Assembly (NCBI GenBank): GCA_902526075.1
Contig: CABZJM010000001.1
Span: forward strand, 2,829-66,828
DNA: 64,000 nucleotides
Direction of reading: 5' to 3'
Source of the DNA: an uncultured Bacteroidota bacterium
GTDB lineage: Bacteria > Bacteroidota > Bacteroidia > Flavobacteriales > Flavobacteriaceae
The translations under genes were made by a program, and so were the position numbers. The notes below the pieces were generated by a model. It ran no database searches and had not been told where the DNA came from. It saw only the letters and a program-made list of their open reading frames with translations. Below are positions 29,043 to 39,991 of the stretch, one piece after another. Position 1 is the stretch's first letter; each line of letters starts with the position of its first letter.

Positions 29043-31553
29043 TTACATTATATTGCTGAAAAATATGGCATTCATTAGAATTTTGTTGGTTCCATACCAA
29101 AAGGCTCTAAAATTTGTGTTGTCAGTGAGATAAATCACTTTTCCTTTTCCAATATTATTTATTTTTAGTGGGCTTGTGGACTCAAGTAATTTAATATTTT
29201 CATCAGAAATATAACCACTTAGCAATGGGTCTTTTGTGTATAAAATGGGATTTTTGTAACTGTCTTTATCTTTTTCAATAAAAATTGTTGAGTTTCTAAA
29301 AATAGGCATTGTTGTGTTGGTTTGGCCAAAATTTATTGGGTGAGATCTGTCAATTTTAGTATTAAAGATTGCTCCTCCAATTCTTTGTGCACCAAAAAAT
29401 GCATTTCTTTCCTCAAAAGAGATATTTTTTGCATTTATGTTATTCTTTAATTCATTAGCCTTAATCAGTTTATTCTTTTTTAACCAATTGATTGAATTTT
29501 TATAAGCAACTAGTGTTCCACCTGATTTTACCCATTTACTAATTTTTTCAGTAATTACTGAATCAGATATTGAGCTATTTGGGGCAATTATTGTTGAATA
29601 CTCATTTAAATTAGCACGCTTGATATTCCTAACATCCAGTTTCGTTAATTTTACCTGAAATCTTGTGTCAAGAAGATGCCAAATTTCCCCAGCATCATAC
29701 GCATTTATTCCATCTCCCACGAGCAACGCAATATTTTTTTTACGAATTCTTTTGAAATTATTACTTCCTAAATCAGGGCCACTAGCATAACCTGTTTTAA
29801 CACTATTTATTTCAACTAGACATTCTTTTGAAACCTGGTTTAAAAATTTATTAAGATCAATATGTTTATTGTTTTGAACGGGAATTAAAATAGTGCCATA
29901 ATCATAATCTTTCCCACTTAATTTAAACCTTTTAGTCGCGGCTTTTACAATAATGTCATTTTCAAGAAACATATTTAATGCTTTTGGCGATAAATATTCA
30001 TGCCACTCCATTAAGAATGCATAATTACTTTTTTCAATATTTGAGTTTTGATTATATTCAATTTTATCAATACTATTTTTATTACTAGTGTTCTTGAAAT
30101 TTAAATCGTAATTTAAGTTGAAAGCTAAAGGAAGTGTCCAGGATGAAACATCGTAAAACAAACTATCTGAAAATGTTGTTCTTGTTTCAAACATCGCATT
30201 TATAAGTCTGTATTTTTTTTGATTTTTTGGAACTATGTAAGCATATCCTTTTTTGTATATTTTGTTATTGTGTTTTATATCATTGTTGAGTTCGTATATA
30301 TTAATTTCATGCCTTCTTAGTATTTCTGCAAGTTTATTTGTTCTGTACTTGTCTTTTGGATTTCCAAATATTATCGATTCACTTTTAAATTTACTTGCTT
30401 CCTTGGCAGCATCTAAGTAAAATGTTTTTTGATAATTTAAAATATCGAGCCTAAGATTAACTGCAGCTTTTAATGTTGAAATCCCTGTTGTAAGTTGGTT
30501 TTTTATTGTAAACGGAAACTTTAAAATTCCATTATCAGATTCTTGGATGTGACCTCTTGAGCTGGCTTGTTCAAATAATATACCTATTGATCCATTAATA
30601 TCTGGATAGGTAGACCCTTTTCCATAATAAAAATCATCAAAACTTTCTTCAGAATAATAAAGTGATCCAATCTTATCCAAACTTTCAACATGAAATTTTG
30701 CAATTTCCTTTGTAAGTTTTTGATTTAAATCTGGGGTGAGTGGATGGGTTCTTGATGGAATTCCAGGTTGAAAAAAGAATGTGGCATTGGTTCCCATTTC
30801 ATGATGATCTGTCAAAATATTAGGAATCCACTTATTGAAAGTTTTTATTCTTGCCTGGGATTCTGGTAACTGAACAGGTAACCAATCTCTATTTAAATCA
30901 AACCAATAATGATTTGTTCTACCCCCTGGCCAAATTTCATTGTATTCCCTGTCATTGGGGTCATATGTTAAATTTACATTTCTGTTGGTATTTGCCCAAT
31001 AGGCAAATCTTTGTAATCCGTCTGGATTCATGCATGGATCTAACAATATTACAGAACTTTCAAGCAGATTTTTCACAAAATCACTGTTTGAAGCAGCTAA
31101 ATAATATGCTAATAGTAAACTTGCATTTGATCCACTTGCTTCGTTACCATGGATTGAAAATCCTTGATATACAATAACAGGTTGATCATTAATTTCTATA
31201 TTTTGTTGATAATCAGTTATTTTTTTATGTTTTTCTAAGATTTCGTCAATATTTAAATGGTTATTCCTTGAGGTTATTGTAAGGAGTAAAATTGGTCTCC
31301 CTTCAAATGTTTTGCCTCTATTTTCGATTGTAACTCTTTCTGATGCATTAGCTAAGGCATACATGTATTCAACTAGTTTATCATGTGATATATGCCATTC
31401 TCCTACCTCATGACCAATAATTTCATCTGGGGTAGGTATATTTGAATCCAGTGATTTAGAGTCTAGTTCTGAAAAATAATAATTAAGATCATGGGAGGTA
31501 TTTTGTGCAAAAACACCCGCACAGAAAAATAGTGCAATTAAAATAAATCTCAT
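29043..31553 (-). CDS. Peptidase M14 (zinc carboxypeptidase) family protein, secreted
   Basis: I start at the internal ATG 31553 (MRFILIALFFCAGVFAQ signal peptide), which removes the overlap with the upstream gene. M14 motifs QGFSIHGNEASGSNA and TDHHEMG, with a large C-terminal extension. Confidence 0.8.
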   Translation of the reverse strand: MRFILIALFFCAGVFAQNTSHDLNYYFSELDSKSLDSNIPTPDEIIGHEVGEWHISHDKLVEYMYALANASERVTIENRGKTFEGRPILLLTITSRNNHLNIDEILEKHKKITDYQQNIEINDQPVIVYQGFSIHGNEASGSNASLLLAYYLAASNSDFVKNLLESSVILLDPCMNPDGLQRFAYWANTNRNVNLTYDPNDREYNEIWPGGRTNHYWFDLNRDWLPVQLPESQARIKTFNKWIPNILTDHHEMGTNATFFFQPGIPSRTHPLTPDLNQKLTKEIAKFHVESLDKIGSLYYSEESFDDFYYGKGSTYPDINGSIGILFEQASSRGHIQESDNGILKFPFTIKNQLTTGISTLKAAVNLRLDILNYQKTFYLDAAKEASKFKSESIIFGNPKDKYRTNKLAEILRRHEINIYELNNDIKHNNKIYKKGYAYIVPKNQKKYRLINAMFETRTTFSDSLFYDVSSWTLPLAFNLNYDLNFKNTSNKNSIDKIEYNQNSNIEKSNYAFLMEWHEYLSPKALNMFLENDIIVKAATKRFKLSGKDYDYGTILIPVQNNKHIDLNKFLNQVSKECLVEINSVKTGYASGPDLGSNNFKRIRKKNIALLVGDGINAYDAGEIWHLLDTRFQVKLTKLDVRNIKRANLNEYSTIIAPNSSISDSVITEKISKWVKSGGTLVAYKNSINWLKKNKLIKANELKNNINAKNISFEERNAFFGAQRIGGAIFNTKIDRSHPINFGQTNTTMPIFRNSTIFIEKDKDSYKNPILYTKDPLLSGYISDENIKLLESTSPLKINNIGKGKVIYLTDNTNFRAFWYGTNKILMNAIFFSNIM

Positions 31554-31557
31554 TTTA

Positions 31558-31959
31558 CTAATTGGATTGAATATCATCAAAATCAACATCAGTGAACTCA
31601 TTGGATATTCCTTCACCATTTTCTTCCTTTTTATCATCATCAGATTCCTGTGTAGCTTCAGTATTTTCATCTTTATTGAAGTCTTTTTGGTGTCTCTCGC
31701 TAATTACCTCTTCACCTTTTTCAGAAATAACATAACTTGTCATTTCATTAAGAATATTAGAAAATTCACTAAAATCTTCTTTGTATAAGTAAATTTTATG
31801 TTTTTTATAGTGGAATGAACCATCTTCATTTGTGAATTTTTTGCTTTCAGTAAGAGTTAGGTAATAGTCTCCTGCTTTGGTAGATCTAACATCAAAAAAA
31901 TAGGTTCTTCTCCCAGCCCTAAGCACTTTTGAAAAAATTTCTTCTCTCTCCATACTCAA
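31558..31959 (-). CDS. DUF3276 / PUR-alpha-like nucleic-acid-binding protein with acidic tail
   Basis: 133 aa. EIFSKVLRAGRRTYFFDVRSTKAGDYYLTLTESKK is the characteristic Bacteroidota DUF3276 repeat. Confidence 0.7.
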   Translation of the reverse strand: MSMEREEIFSKVLRAGRRTYFFDVRSTKAGDYYLTLTESKKFTNEDGSFHYKKHKIYLYKEDFSEFSNILNEMTSYVISEKGEEVISERHQKDFNKDENTEATQESDDDKKEENGEGISNEFTDVDFDDIQSN

Positions 31960-32014
31960 AAATTTTATGTTTGGATTAATAATGTAAAAAATTTTTTTAA
32001 TAAATCAATAAATT

Positions 32015-33793
32015 CTAATCATCTTTTTTAGTGAGTTGTTTATGAAACAACTCTTTATAATACCCTTTTTGTTTAATCAATTTTTCATGATTACCTTTTT
32101 GAATTATTTTTCCATTTTTAAGAATAATAATATCATTTAAATTTTGAACTGATGATAATCTATGACTTGAAATAATTGTTGTGGTATTAATTATATATTT
32201 TTTTAATGATTGTATAATTTTTTTTTCTGTTTCTGTATCCAGAGCAGAAAGACAATCGTCTAAAATTAAAATTTTGGGATTTTTAATGAGTGCTCTTGCA
32301 ATACAAATTCTTTGCTTTTGCCCTCCACTTAAGTTGACCCCCCTTTCGCCTAAAATTGTTTCGTATCCGTCTTTGAATTTGATAATTTCTTTGTGAATAC
32401 CGGCAATTTTACAAATTTGTTTAATTTCTTTAATACTTGCTTTTTCATTTCCAAAACGAATATTGTTTATTATAGAATCAGAAAAAAGAAAAGAATCTTG
32501 AGGAACAATTCCAATCTGCTTCCTCAAACTTTCAATATTAAACTCACTAATTTTTTTATCATCAATTAAGATATTTCCTGAGTCAATGTTGAAGCTTCTT
32601 GTGATTAGCCTTAATAAAGTTGTTTTTCCAGACCCGGTAACTCCAATCAATCCAAGTGACTTTTTGTTATTAATATTAAAACTTATATTCTCTAAAGCTT
32701 GAATTTTTGATTCTCTATATATAAATGAAACATTTTTAAATTCAATCTTTCCATTTATTTTTTTGAAACCTTTGAGTTCATTTATAATTTCTGATTTTTC
32801 TTTTAAAAACTCATTGATTCTCTTTTGTGATGCTTCTGCTTGTTGAATTATTGAGCTAATCCACCCTAAAGAGGCCACAGGCCAGGTTAACATGTTCACA
32901 TATATTATAAATTCTGCAATAATTCCAATACTTTCAATCTCACCTTCTAAATATTGTTTACCTCCGACATATATAACAAAAATATTACTTAGGCCTATTA
33001 GTAAAATCATTAAAGGAAAAAATAATGCCTGCATTTTTACAAGGCTTATTTGATTTTCTTTATTTTCAGCTGATAGATTATCAAATTGCTTCGATTTAGT
33101 ATTTTGTATAGCATAAGATTTTATAATTTGAATCCCAGTGAAAACCTCTTGAGTAAAGGATGAAAGCTCGGATAAAGATTCTTGAACTATTCTACTTCTT
33201 ACATTTATAATTCCACTTAGCTTATAAATTGTATATGAAAGAACTGGAAGTGGGCTGATCGTATACAGAGTTAGCTCAGGTGATTGACGGTACATGTAAA
33301 AAAAAGTTATAATAAGTAGAGTTATGGTATTTATTGAATACATTATGGCAGGTCCAAAATACATTCTAACCCTAGAGACATCTTCGCTAATCCTATTCAT
33401 TAAGTCACCAGTTTGATTTTTCTTGTAAAAGCTAAGGGATAATTTTTGGTATTGAATGTAAATCTCATTTTTTAAATCAAACTCGACATATCTAGAAACA
33501 TTGATTATAGTTTGTCTTGTTAAAAAAGTAAAGATACCAGCTGAAATCGCAGCCAATAAAATCAAGAAAATATTTTCAACCAATTCGGTTTGAACCATGT
33601 CAATACTAATTATATTTCCCTTTCTGTACTCGTCAACAACATTTACAGATTCCCTTATTAATCCAGGCGTGAATAATAATAAAATCCTTGCAATAATGAT
33701 AATACAAAACCCTAATAACAGGTTGATCTTGTACTTTAGTAAATATTTATTTAAATATTTTAATTCGTTCAATTCAGTAAATTTTTTTAACAA
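32015..33793 (-). CDS. ABC transporter permease/ATP-binding fusion (MsbA-like exporter)
   Basis: 592 aa. Six-TM N-terminal half, GVTGSGKTT, LSGGQKQRICIARAL, LILDDCLSALD. Confidence 0.85.
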   Translation of the reverse strand: MLKKFTELNELKYLNKYLLKYKINLLLGFCIIIIARILLLFTPGLIRESVNVVDEYRKGNIISIDMVQTELVENIFLILLAAISAGIFTFLTRQTIINVSRYVEFDLKNEIYIQYQKLSLSFYKKNQTGDLMNRISEDVSRVRMYFGPAIMYSINTITLLIITFFYMYRQSPELTLYTISPLPVLSYTIYKLSGIINVRSRIVQESLSELSSFTQEVFTGIQIIKSYAIQNTKSKQFDNLSAENKENQISLVKMQALFFPLMILLIGLSNIFVIYVGGKQYLEGEIESIGIIAEFIIYVNMLTWPVASLGWISSIIQQAEASQKRINEFLKEKSEIINELKGFKKINGKIEFKNVSFIYRESKIQALENISFNINNKKSLGLIGVTGSGKTTLLRLITRSFNIDSGNILIDDKKISEFNIESLRKQIGIVPQDSFLFSDSIINNIRFGNEKASIKEIKQICKIAGIHKEIIKFKDGYETILGERGVNLSGGQKQRICIARALIKNPKILILDDCLSALDTETEKKIIQSLKKYIINTTTIISSHRLSSVQNLNDIIILKNGKIIQKGNHEKLIKQKGYYKELFHKQLTKKDD

Positions 33794-33833
33794 TTAATAT
33801 TATCTTGCAGTAATTTTTAAATGTTCATTCAAA

Positions 33834-34781
33834 ATGTTAAATCGCAGACATATCAGGCTAAAAGTTATGCAATATTTATATGCTGCTGAAATATCAGATT
33901 TCGAAGATACGAAACAACATTATAAAAATCTCTCTAGCAGTATTCATTCTGTACACGACTTATACCTTTTACAAATTTCATTAATTATAGAAATTTTTAA
34001 AAAAGCATTAAATAAATATAAGATATCTCATAAAAGTATTTCAGGAAATATTAGTGATATCTATTCAAACGAAAAGTTTTCTAAAAACCAATTTTTAAAT
34101 CAAATCTTTACAAATTCAAAAATTCTAGCATTGATCAGCTCAAAAGATTTTATCAATTGGGATATCGATTACAAATTTGTCAATCTGATTTATGATAAAA
34201 TTATTCATAGTGATTTATATTCCAAGTATCTAGGTTATGAAAAAACATCCTTTGAAGTTGATCTTAAATTTGTTCATGACACATTTAAAAAAATTATTGT
34301 AACAGATGAAAAATTTCAATCATTTGTTGAAGAGAAAAATATATATTGGATGGATGATTATCCTTTGGTGAATACATTATTACTTAAGCTATTTAAAAAC
34401 TCTAGAGAAAACAGTTTGGAGAAGTTGTTTTATTTTAAATTATTTTCAAATAATAAGGAAAAGAAATATTTTGATGATCTAGCGAATATATCCCTTAAAA
34501 ACTTTGAATCTAATAATCAATTAATCGATAAATATATTACAAATTGGGATTTAGATCGTTTAGCTAAAATTGATTTGGTCATAATTAATCTTGCACTAAG
34601 CGAACTTGTCAACTTTAAAGAAATTCCAATAAAAGTTACTCTAAATGAATATATTGAAATTTCTAAAGATTACTCAACAGAAAAAAGCTCTTTGTTCATA
34701 AATGGAATACTTGATAAAATTGTTAAAGATTTAGTCAATAATAATTCGTTAATTAAGGAGGGTAGAGGTTTGAGAGAATAA
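33834..34781 (+). CDS. nusB: Transcription antitermination factor NusB (long Bacteroidota form)
   Basis: MLNRRHIRLKVMQYLYA N-terminus and a C-terminal NusB core (DRLAKIDLVIINLALSEL...EYIEISKDYS...FINGILDKI). Confidence 0.8.
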   Translation: MLNRRHIRLKVMQYLYAAEISDFEDTKQHYKNLSSSIHSVHDLYLLQISLIIEIFKKALNKYKISHKSISGNISDIYSNEKFSKNQFLNQIFTNSKILALISSKDFINWDIDYKFVNLIYDKIIHSDLYSKYLGYEKTSFEVDLKFVHDTFKKIIVTDEKFQSFVEEKNIYWMDDYPLVNTLLLKLFKNSRENSLEKLFYFKLFSNNKEKKYFDDLANISLKNFESNNQLIDKYITNWDLDRLAKIDLVIINLALSELVNFKEIPIKVTLNEYIEISKDYSTEKSSLFINGILDKIVKDLVNNNSLIKEGRGLRE

Positions 34782-34818
34782 CATTTTTTTTTACTTTTGA
34801 ACAATTAATAAAAATCCT

Positions 34819-35292
34819 ATGAAAAAATTAATTTATTTATTAGCATTTAGCTTTGTATTTACATCTTGTGGTGATGACCCATTCAGCAAAGTAAAGTCCG
34901 AAAATGTTGAATTGGCCTCTGTTAGAGACAATGCACCATCAAAGTTTCCAGTAATGACTTTCGATAAAACATTACATGATTTTGGTACAATTATGGATGG
35001 ACAGGCTCAAGAAACAGTTTTCTCATATACCAACACAGGTGAAGCACCACTGGTCATTACGGAAATTAAATCAACATGTGGATGTACGGTCCCACAGGAT
35101 TGGAGCAGAGCTCCATTACTTCCAGGAGAATCATCTCAATTTACTGTCAAATTTAATGGTAAAGGCATGAACAAAACTTCAAAAACTGTTACAATTAAAG
35201 CAAATACACAAAAGGTAACAGAGTCTGTTAGAATTTCAGCTTTTATTAATAATCCTAATGGTGGTAAACCTGCAGGGCAAATTATTCAGTAG
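34819..35292 (+). CDS. DUF1573 domain-containing lipoprotein
   Basis: Lipobox FTSC. HDFGTI...FSYTNTGEAPLVITEIKSTCGCTVP.DWS..PLLPGES is the DUF1573 signature. Confidence 0.75.
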   Translation: MKKLIYLLAFSFVFTSCGDDPFSKVKSENVELASVRDNAPSKFPVMTFDKTLHDFGTIMDGQAQETVFSYTNTGEAPLVITEIKSTCGCTVPQDWSRAPLLPGESSQFTVKFNGKGMNKTSKTVTIKANTQKVTESVRISAFINNPNGGKPAGQIIQ

Positions 35293-35294
35293 TT

Positions 35295-35570
35295 ATGGAA
35301 AGTTTTTACCAGATGACACCTTTTTTATTAATGTTTTTGGTCATATACTTATTTATGATAAGACCCCAAATGACAAAAGCAAAGAACGAAAGAAAATTTT
35401 TAACAGATTTAAAAACAGGTGATCGAGTGGTTATGAAAAGTGGTATGCATGGAAGGATTAATCACATAAATCAAAAGGAGGGAACTTGCATAATTGAGAC
35501 AACAGCTGGTAAATTAAAATTTAATAAAACAATGATTTCAATGGATGCGTCAAATGAATTAAACAAATAG
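35295..35570 (+). CDS. yajC: Preprotein translocase subunit YajC
   Basis: 91 aa. Single TM followed by IRPQMTKAKNERKF...LKTGDRVVMKSGMHGRI. Confidence 0.85.
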   Translation: MESFYQMTPFLLMFLVIYLFMIRPQMTKAKNERKFLTDLKTGDRVVMKSGMHGRINHINQKEGTCIIETTAGKLKFNKTMISMDASNELNK

Positions 35571-35588
35571 ACTTAGCTTAATATAAAT

Positions 35589-36611
35589 ATGTATAAGAAG
35601 TTAATTTTACCTTTTTTATTTTTATTTGACCCAGAAAAAATTCATAATTTCACATTCTTTTGTATAAAAACGATTTTCAAAATTCCCCTTCTTGGATTTT
35701 TGACCAAGTTATATTTTAAAGTAGAGAATGATAAACTTAAAAGGAACCTCTTTGGAATAACTTTTCCTAATCCGGTTGGTATAGCTGCTGGATTTGATAA
35801 AAATGCTACTCACATTTCTGAATTTGAAAAGTTTGGTTTCGGTTTTATCGAAATTGGCACCGTTACTCCTAAACCACAGCCGGGTAATCCAAAAAAAAGG
35901 CTTTTTAGATTAAAAAAAGATAATGCTATAATCAATAGAATGGGATTTAATAATGATGGTGTTGAAAGTATAAAAAATAGACTTAGTGGGGATTATAAGG
36001 TAATTATTGGCGGAAATATTGGTAAAAATAAAATTACTCCAAATTCAGAGGCAAAAAAAGATTACTTGATTTGTTTTAAAGAATTATACGAGCATGTTGA
36101 TTATTTTGTGGTTAACGTGAGCTCACCTAATACACCGGGATTAAGAGAACTTCAATCAAAGGAATTTTTAAGTGATCTCTTTGGAGACTTAAATAAATTT
36201 AGGTTTAATAAAAAAAATATAAAACCGATTTTACTTAAAATATCTCCAGATTTGAGTAAGGATAAAATAATTGAACTTATCGATGTTATAAATAAAAATA
36301 AAATTGATGGGATTATAGCTACAAATACCACCATTAATTTTCCTGAATTTAAATCAAATAATAAATATGAAAAGGGTGGATTAAGCGGAAAACCATTGTA
36401 TGATAAAAGTAACGAGGTGATTTCTTTTATTTCGAAAATGACTGGTGGTAAGCTTCCGATTATTGGGGTTGGTGGCATATCAACACCTGAAGATGCACTG
36501 AATAAACTTAAAGCAGGCGCTCATCTAGTTCAACTCTACACAGGAATAATTTATGAGGGCCCTGGGATAGCTAGCAAAATAAATAAAGAGTTACTTAACC
36601 AAGAACTTTAG
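35589..36611 (+). CDS. pyrD: Quinone-dependent dihydroorotate dehydrogenase (class 2)
   Basis: 340 aa. FPNPVGIAAGFDKN, GFIEIGTVTP, NVSSPNTPGLR, IGVGGI. Confidence 0.92.
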   Translation: MYKKLILPFLFLFDPEKIHNFTFFCIKTIFKIPLLGFLTKLYFKVENDKLKRNLFGITFPNPVGIAAGFDKNATHISEFEKFGFGFIEIGTVTPKPQPGNPKKRLFRLKKDNAIINRMGFNNDGVESIKNRLSGDYKVIIGGNIGKNKITPNSEAKKDYLICFKELYEHVDYFVVNVSSPNTPGLRELQSKEFLSDLFGDLNKFRFNKKNIKPILLKISPDLSKDKIIELIDVINKNKIDGIIATNTTINFPEFKSNNKYEKGGLSGKPLYDKSNEVISFISKMTGGKLPIIGVGGISTPEDALNKLKAGAHLVQLYTGIIYEGPGIASKINKELLNQEL

Positions 36612-38345
36612 ATTATTTACTTTTTCAGACGATTTAATCGAAATATAATAAAGTCCCTTTTCATAACTACTGACATCAATTATTAAGTCACTTTCATCAA
36701 TAATAGGTTTAATTTTAATTGTTCGTCCGTTAATATCGAAAATACTGAAAGAATCGGGGATTATATTTTTATAGTTTATTTTTAAAATATTACTTGATGG
36801 ATTTGGGTATAAAGTAATTTGATTGTTTAATTGACTATCGTTTGTGCTCATGTATGCATTATTAATTAAGGTCAGTTCCTCATATCCAAAATTATTATTA
36901 AATTTTATTACTGTGCCATCATTTGTTTTTAGTTCATAAAATTCCTCACCTCCACCAACTGTCCAGCTAGTATTTCCTAATCCATTTCCTGCAGAATCAT
37001 AAATTATAAAAGAATAACAATCATTCTCATTTATATCAAATTCATAATTGTATTCATTCATTTCAGTATATGGCCCCCCCGAGTAAAGTATTTCTCCACT
37101 TCCGTTTTTTAATTCCCAAGTATTTTCATTAGGATCTACGATGAAAAGCTTTAAGCTTACTGATGAAGTATCATAATTTGAGGTATCAAAACTTAAAACT
37201 TGAGGAAAAACTTTTGTAATTTCAGATTCATTGTTCGTTATTGTTAATGAAACGTCGTAAGTGCCTGGTTGGTCATAGTTGTGTGAAGGGTTTTGATCAG
37301 TATAATCGATTATGTCGTCTCCATCAACATCCCATTCCCACGAATTGGCGCCGACACTTGAATCTGAGAAATTAACTGTCATAGTATCATCACAATTCAA
37401 TATTTTTTCATATTCAAAATTTACGTTGAAAGAAGGGCAAGAATAGTAAGTTTTAAATGTGTGGAATCCAGCATACATTCTTGCATATTGATCTTGACTG
37501 AAAGAATCTATGCAAGTGTTGGGTGAATACGACATTATATTAGAGGTGTCGGGCTCAAAAATCTGTCCTAAAGCATCGGTTTCATTTCCCGTATACAAGC
37601 AATTAACCGAGCTAACATTGGAGTTGCCTAGTTGTGGGTCAGCAGGAGTATCACATATTCTATCACCAGCACCTAAACAATTAGTCCCATTGACTAATTC
37701 ATCTGTTAACTCAACATTTGAAACCCCGTGAGTATGTAATAAATTAAAATGATGACCAAACTCGTGAACCAGAGTATGGCTTATTTCATTAGTTGTACAT
37801 TGGTTATCCATTACAATAACATCATAATATTGGCTAGAATTCCCAGGAAGATATGTGTAACCACAAGCATTGCCGTTTCCAAAAGCTATAGATTCAACAA
37901 AATAAATATTCATAATATCAGGTTGATTATTTGCGTATAATAACCCTTGATCATCAATATCAAAAAAATATAGTTGATTATTTGCAATGTAATTTACATC
38001 TTCACAAACGGTTATCTCCAAAAATGAATTTGCTAAAAATGAATTTGCTTCATCAATTTCATCTATTATTTCATCTTCTGTTATTTGAGTCACTCCGTTA
38101 GCATCAGTTACAATATGAATTTTAGCAGGAACATTTGTTATTGCTGTAGAAGTTTTTGATGCGAATTTATTATAATATTCATCTAGATAGTATTGAAAGG
38201 TTGTTCTATTTTGATTTTCTATTTCTGAAAAATTTTCTGGTACCTGAGTCAAGCATCTTTCTGAATAGTGATTCTGTGAATAAGCAGATAAGCCCAAAAA
38301 TAAAATAGAAACAAAAATTAGTATGTAGTGATTTTTAACAATCAT
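36591..38345 (-). CDS. Secreted zinc metalloprotease (M43/pappalysin-like) with PKD domain and T9SS C-terminal sorting domain
   Basis: Signal peptide. HEFGHHFNLLHTHG zinc site followed by CDTPADP. PKD-like VNFSDSS...WEWDVDGD...PSHNYDQPGTYDVSLTITN. C-terminal ITLYPNPSSNILKI...GLYYISI...LKFLVK resembles a type A T9SS sorting domain. Confidence 0.7.
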   Translation of the reverse strand: MIVKNHYILIFVSILFLGLSAYSQNHYSERCLTQVPENFSEIENQNRTTFQYYLDEYYNKFASKTSTAITNVPAKIHIVTDANGVTQITEDEIIDEIDEANSFLANSFLEITVCEDVNYIANNQLYFFDIDDQGLLYANNQPDIMNIYFVESIAFGNGNACGYTYLPGNSSQYYDVIVMDNQCTTNEISHTLVHEFGHHFNLLHTHGVSNVELTDELVNGTNCLGAGDRICDTPADPQLGNSNVSSVNCLYTGNETDALGQIFEPDTSNIMSYSPNTCIDSFSQDQYARMYAGFHTFKTYYSCPSFNVNFEYEKILNCDDTMTVNFSDSSVGANSWEWDVDGDDIIDYTDQNPSHNYDQPGTYDVSLTITNNESEITKVFPQVLSFDTSNYDTSSVSLKLFIVDPNENTWELKNGSGEILYSGGPYTEMNEYNYEFDINENDCYSFIIYDSAGNGLGNTSWTVGGGEEFYELKTNDGTVIKFNNNFGYEELTLINNAYMSTNDSQLNNQITLYPNPSSNILKINYKNIIPDSFSIFDINGRTIKIKPIIDESDLIIDVSSYEKGLYYISIKSSEKVNNLKFLVK

Positions 38346-38425
38346 ATTTGGAACGAATTATATGTAAATACTACAATACAAAAATAATTAAATTTATCTT
38401 GTTCCAAATTACTATTTAGGTTTAT

Positions 38426-39058
38426 ATGTTGTTGTCTTTCATTTTGTCTAGTTTTCTTCTTGCATTGAGTCCAGGCCCCGACAATTTATATTTAACAACT
38501 TTAACAACCAAATCGGGTAAACTTTCAGGAATATCTTTTTTAATAGGTTTGCTAATAGGATGCTTAATACACACAACGCTACTTGCATTTGGTTTGAATG
38601 CATTAATTCTTGAGTATGAAATTATTTTTGAATTAATAAAATATTTAGGCATAATTTATTTGATTTTTCTATCATATGAAGTTTATAAATCAGATTATTA
38701 TCAAGATAAATTTGTAAACATTGGTAGATCAAATAAAATTTTTAAAAATCTGAAAAAGGGAATATTTATGAATTTATTAAATCCAAAGGTCTTCTTATTT
38801 TTTGCATTATTTTTTCCAAATTTTTTATTTTCAGATGAATTTTCATTCAAAACTCAAATTTTTATTTTAGGCACCATCTTTATTCTGATTACATTTCTTG
38901 TTTTTACAGTGATTATTTTATTTTCAGATTTGATTTTTAGAAAGTTTTCACGGAATGATAATTTTAAAATTTTTGCTAAATACTTTAATATATTTGTCTT
39001 AATGCTTATTGCAACTCTAATATTATTCACCGAAAATAGCATAACTTTATCTCAATAA
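38426..39058 (+). CDS. LysE/RhtB family amino-acid exporter
   Basis: 210 aa, six-TM profile, N-terminal LALSPGPDN motif. Confidence 0.75.
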   Translation: MLLSFILSSFLLALSPGPDNLYLTTLTTKSGKLSGISFLIGLLIGCLIHTTLLAFGLNALILEYEIIFELIKYLGIIYLIFLSYEVYKSDYYQDKFVNIGRSNKIFKNLKKGIFMNLLNPKVFLFFALFFPNFLFSDEFSFKTQIFILGTIFILITFLVFTVIILFSDLIFRKFSRNDNFKIFAKYFNIFVLMLIATLILFTENSITLSQ

Positions 39059-39066
39059 AATTCTTA

Positions 39067-39930
39067 ATGCCAAAACTTAAAATCATAGAATGTCCAAGAG
39101 ATGCTATGCAGAGTATTAAAAAATTTATTCCAACAGAAAAAAAAATAAAGTACATTCAAAGTTTATTAGACGTGGGGTTTAACACAATTGATGTTGGCAG
39201 TTTTGTTTCAAAAAAAGTCGTACCTCAGTTAGCTGATACAGGGGAATTAATTAATTCGTTAGATTTTGAGGATAAAAACACAAAACTTTTGGTAATAGTA
39301 GCTAATATTAAAGGAGCAGAAATAGCAACAAATTTTAAACAGATATCATATGTTGGTTTTCCCTTTTCAATTTCTGAAAATTTTCAAATGCGAAATACAA
39401 ATAAAACAATTGAAGAATCATTTATAAATCTTGTTCATATTAATGATATTGTTCTTTCAAGTAAAAAAAAATTAGTTGTTTATTTATCAATGTGCTTTGG
39501 AAATCCGTATGGAGAAGTTTGGAGTTTAAATATTTTAGATTACTGGATTGCAAAACTTATTGACTTAGGAATAAAATTAATATCTTTTAGTGATACTGTT
39601 GGATCTGCAACACCTAATAAGATAAACGTGGTATATGAATACTTTTCAATGAAATATCCAAATGTTGAGTTTGGATTACATTTACATTCCCACCCTCGAT
39701 ATTGGCGAGAAAAAGTTGAAACTTCGATTGATTCCGGTTGCCTTAGAATCGATGGTGCTATACAGGGATTCGGAGGTTGTCCTATGGCTTCTGATAATAT
39801 GATTGGAAATATGCCAACAGAAAAAATAATTACTTTTTGTGAAGAAATGGGAATTGAATCATGTATTAATCCTTTAAAATTTGAAGTAGCATATAATTAC
39901 GCAAGTGATATTTTTTTAAACTATAAATAA
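39067..39930 (+). CDS. Hydroxymethylglutaryl-CoA lyase (HMGL-like aldolase family)
   Basis: 287 aa. IIECPRDAMQS N-terminus, FSDTVG, and HLHSH metal-binding motif. Confidence 0.7.
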   Translation: MPKLKIIECPRDAMQSIKKFIPTEKKIKYIQSLLDVGFNTIDVGSFVSKKVVPQLADTGELINSLDFEDKNTKLLVIVANIKGAEIATNFKQISYVGFPFSISENFQMRNTNKTIEESFINLVHINDIVLSSKKKLVVYLSMCFGNPYGEVWSLNILDYWIAKLIDLGIKLISFSDTVGSATPNKINVVYEYFSMKYPNVEFGLHLHSHPRYWREKVETSIDSGCLRIDGAIQGFGGCPMASDNMIGNMPTEKIITFCEEMGIESCINPLKFEVAYNYASDIFLNYK

Positions 39931-39981
39931 ATAAATTTTATCTTTAATTTGGATTCTATACTTTGATTAGTCTGCAATTTG

Positions 39982-39989
39982 TATATTTG
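39982..39989 (+). promoter_or_regulatory. Candidate Bacteroidota -7 promoter element (TAnnTTTG) upstream of guaB
   Basis: TATATTTG lies 22 nt upstream of the guaB ATG. A TTG sits 16 nt further upstream at 39963-39965. This is a consensus match only. Confidence 0.3.
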
Positions 39990-39991
39990 CA

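Noticed and set aside
31554-31670. The 39-aa N-terminal extension of the M14 peptidase ORF, which overlaps the DUF3276 gene. Similar upstream extensions exist for sucC (3227), guaB (39979), the iron-binding protein (53662), crtI (51711) and the small membrane protein (28300).
   Set aside because: In each case an internal ATG gives a canonical N-terminus or signal peptide. It also removes an overlap with a neighbouring gene or with the tRNA.
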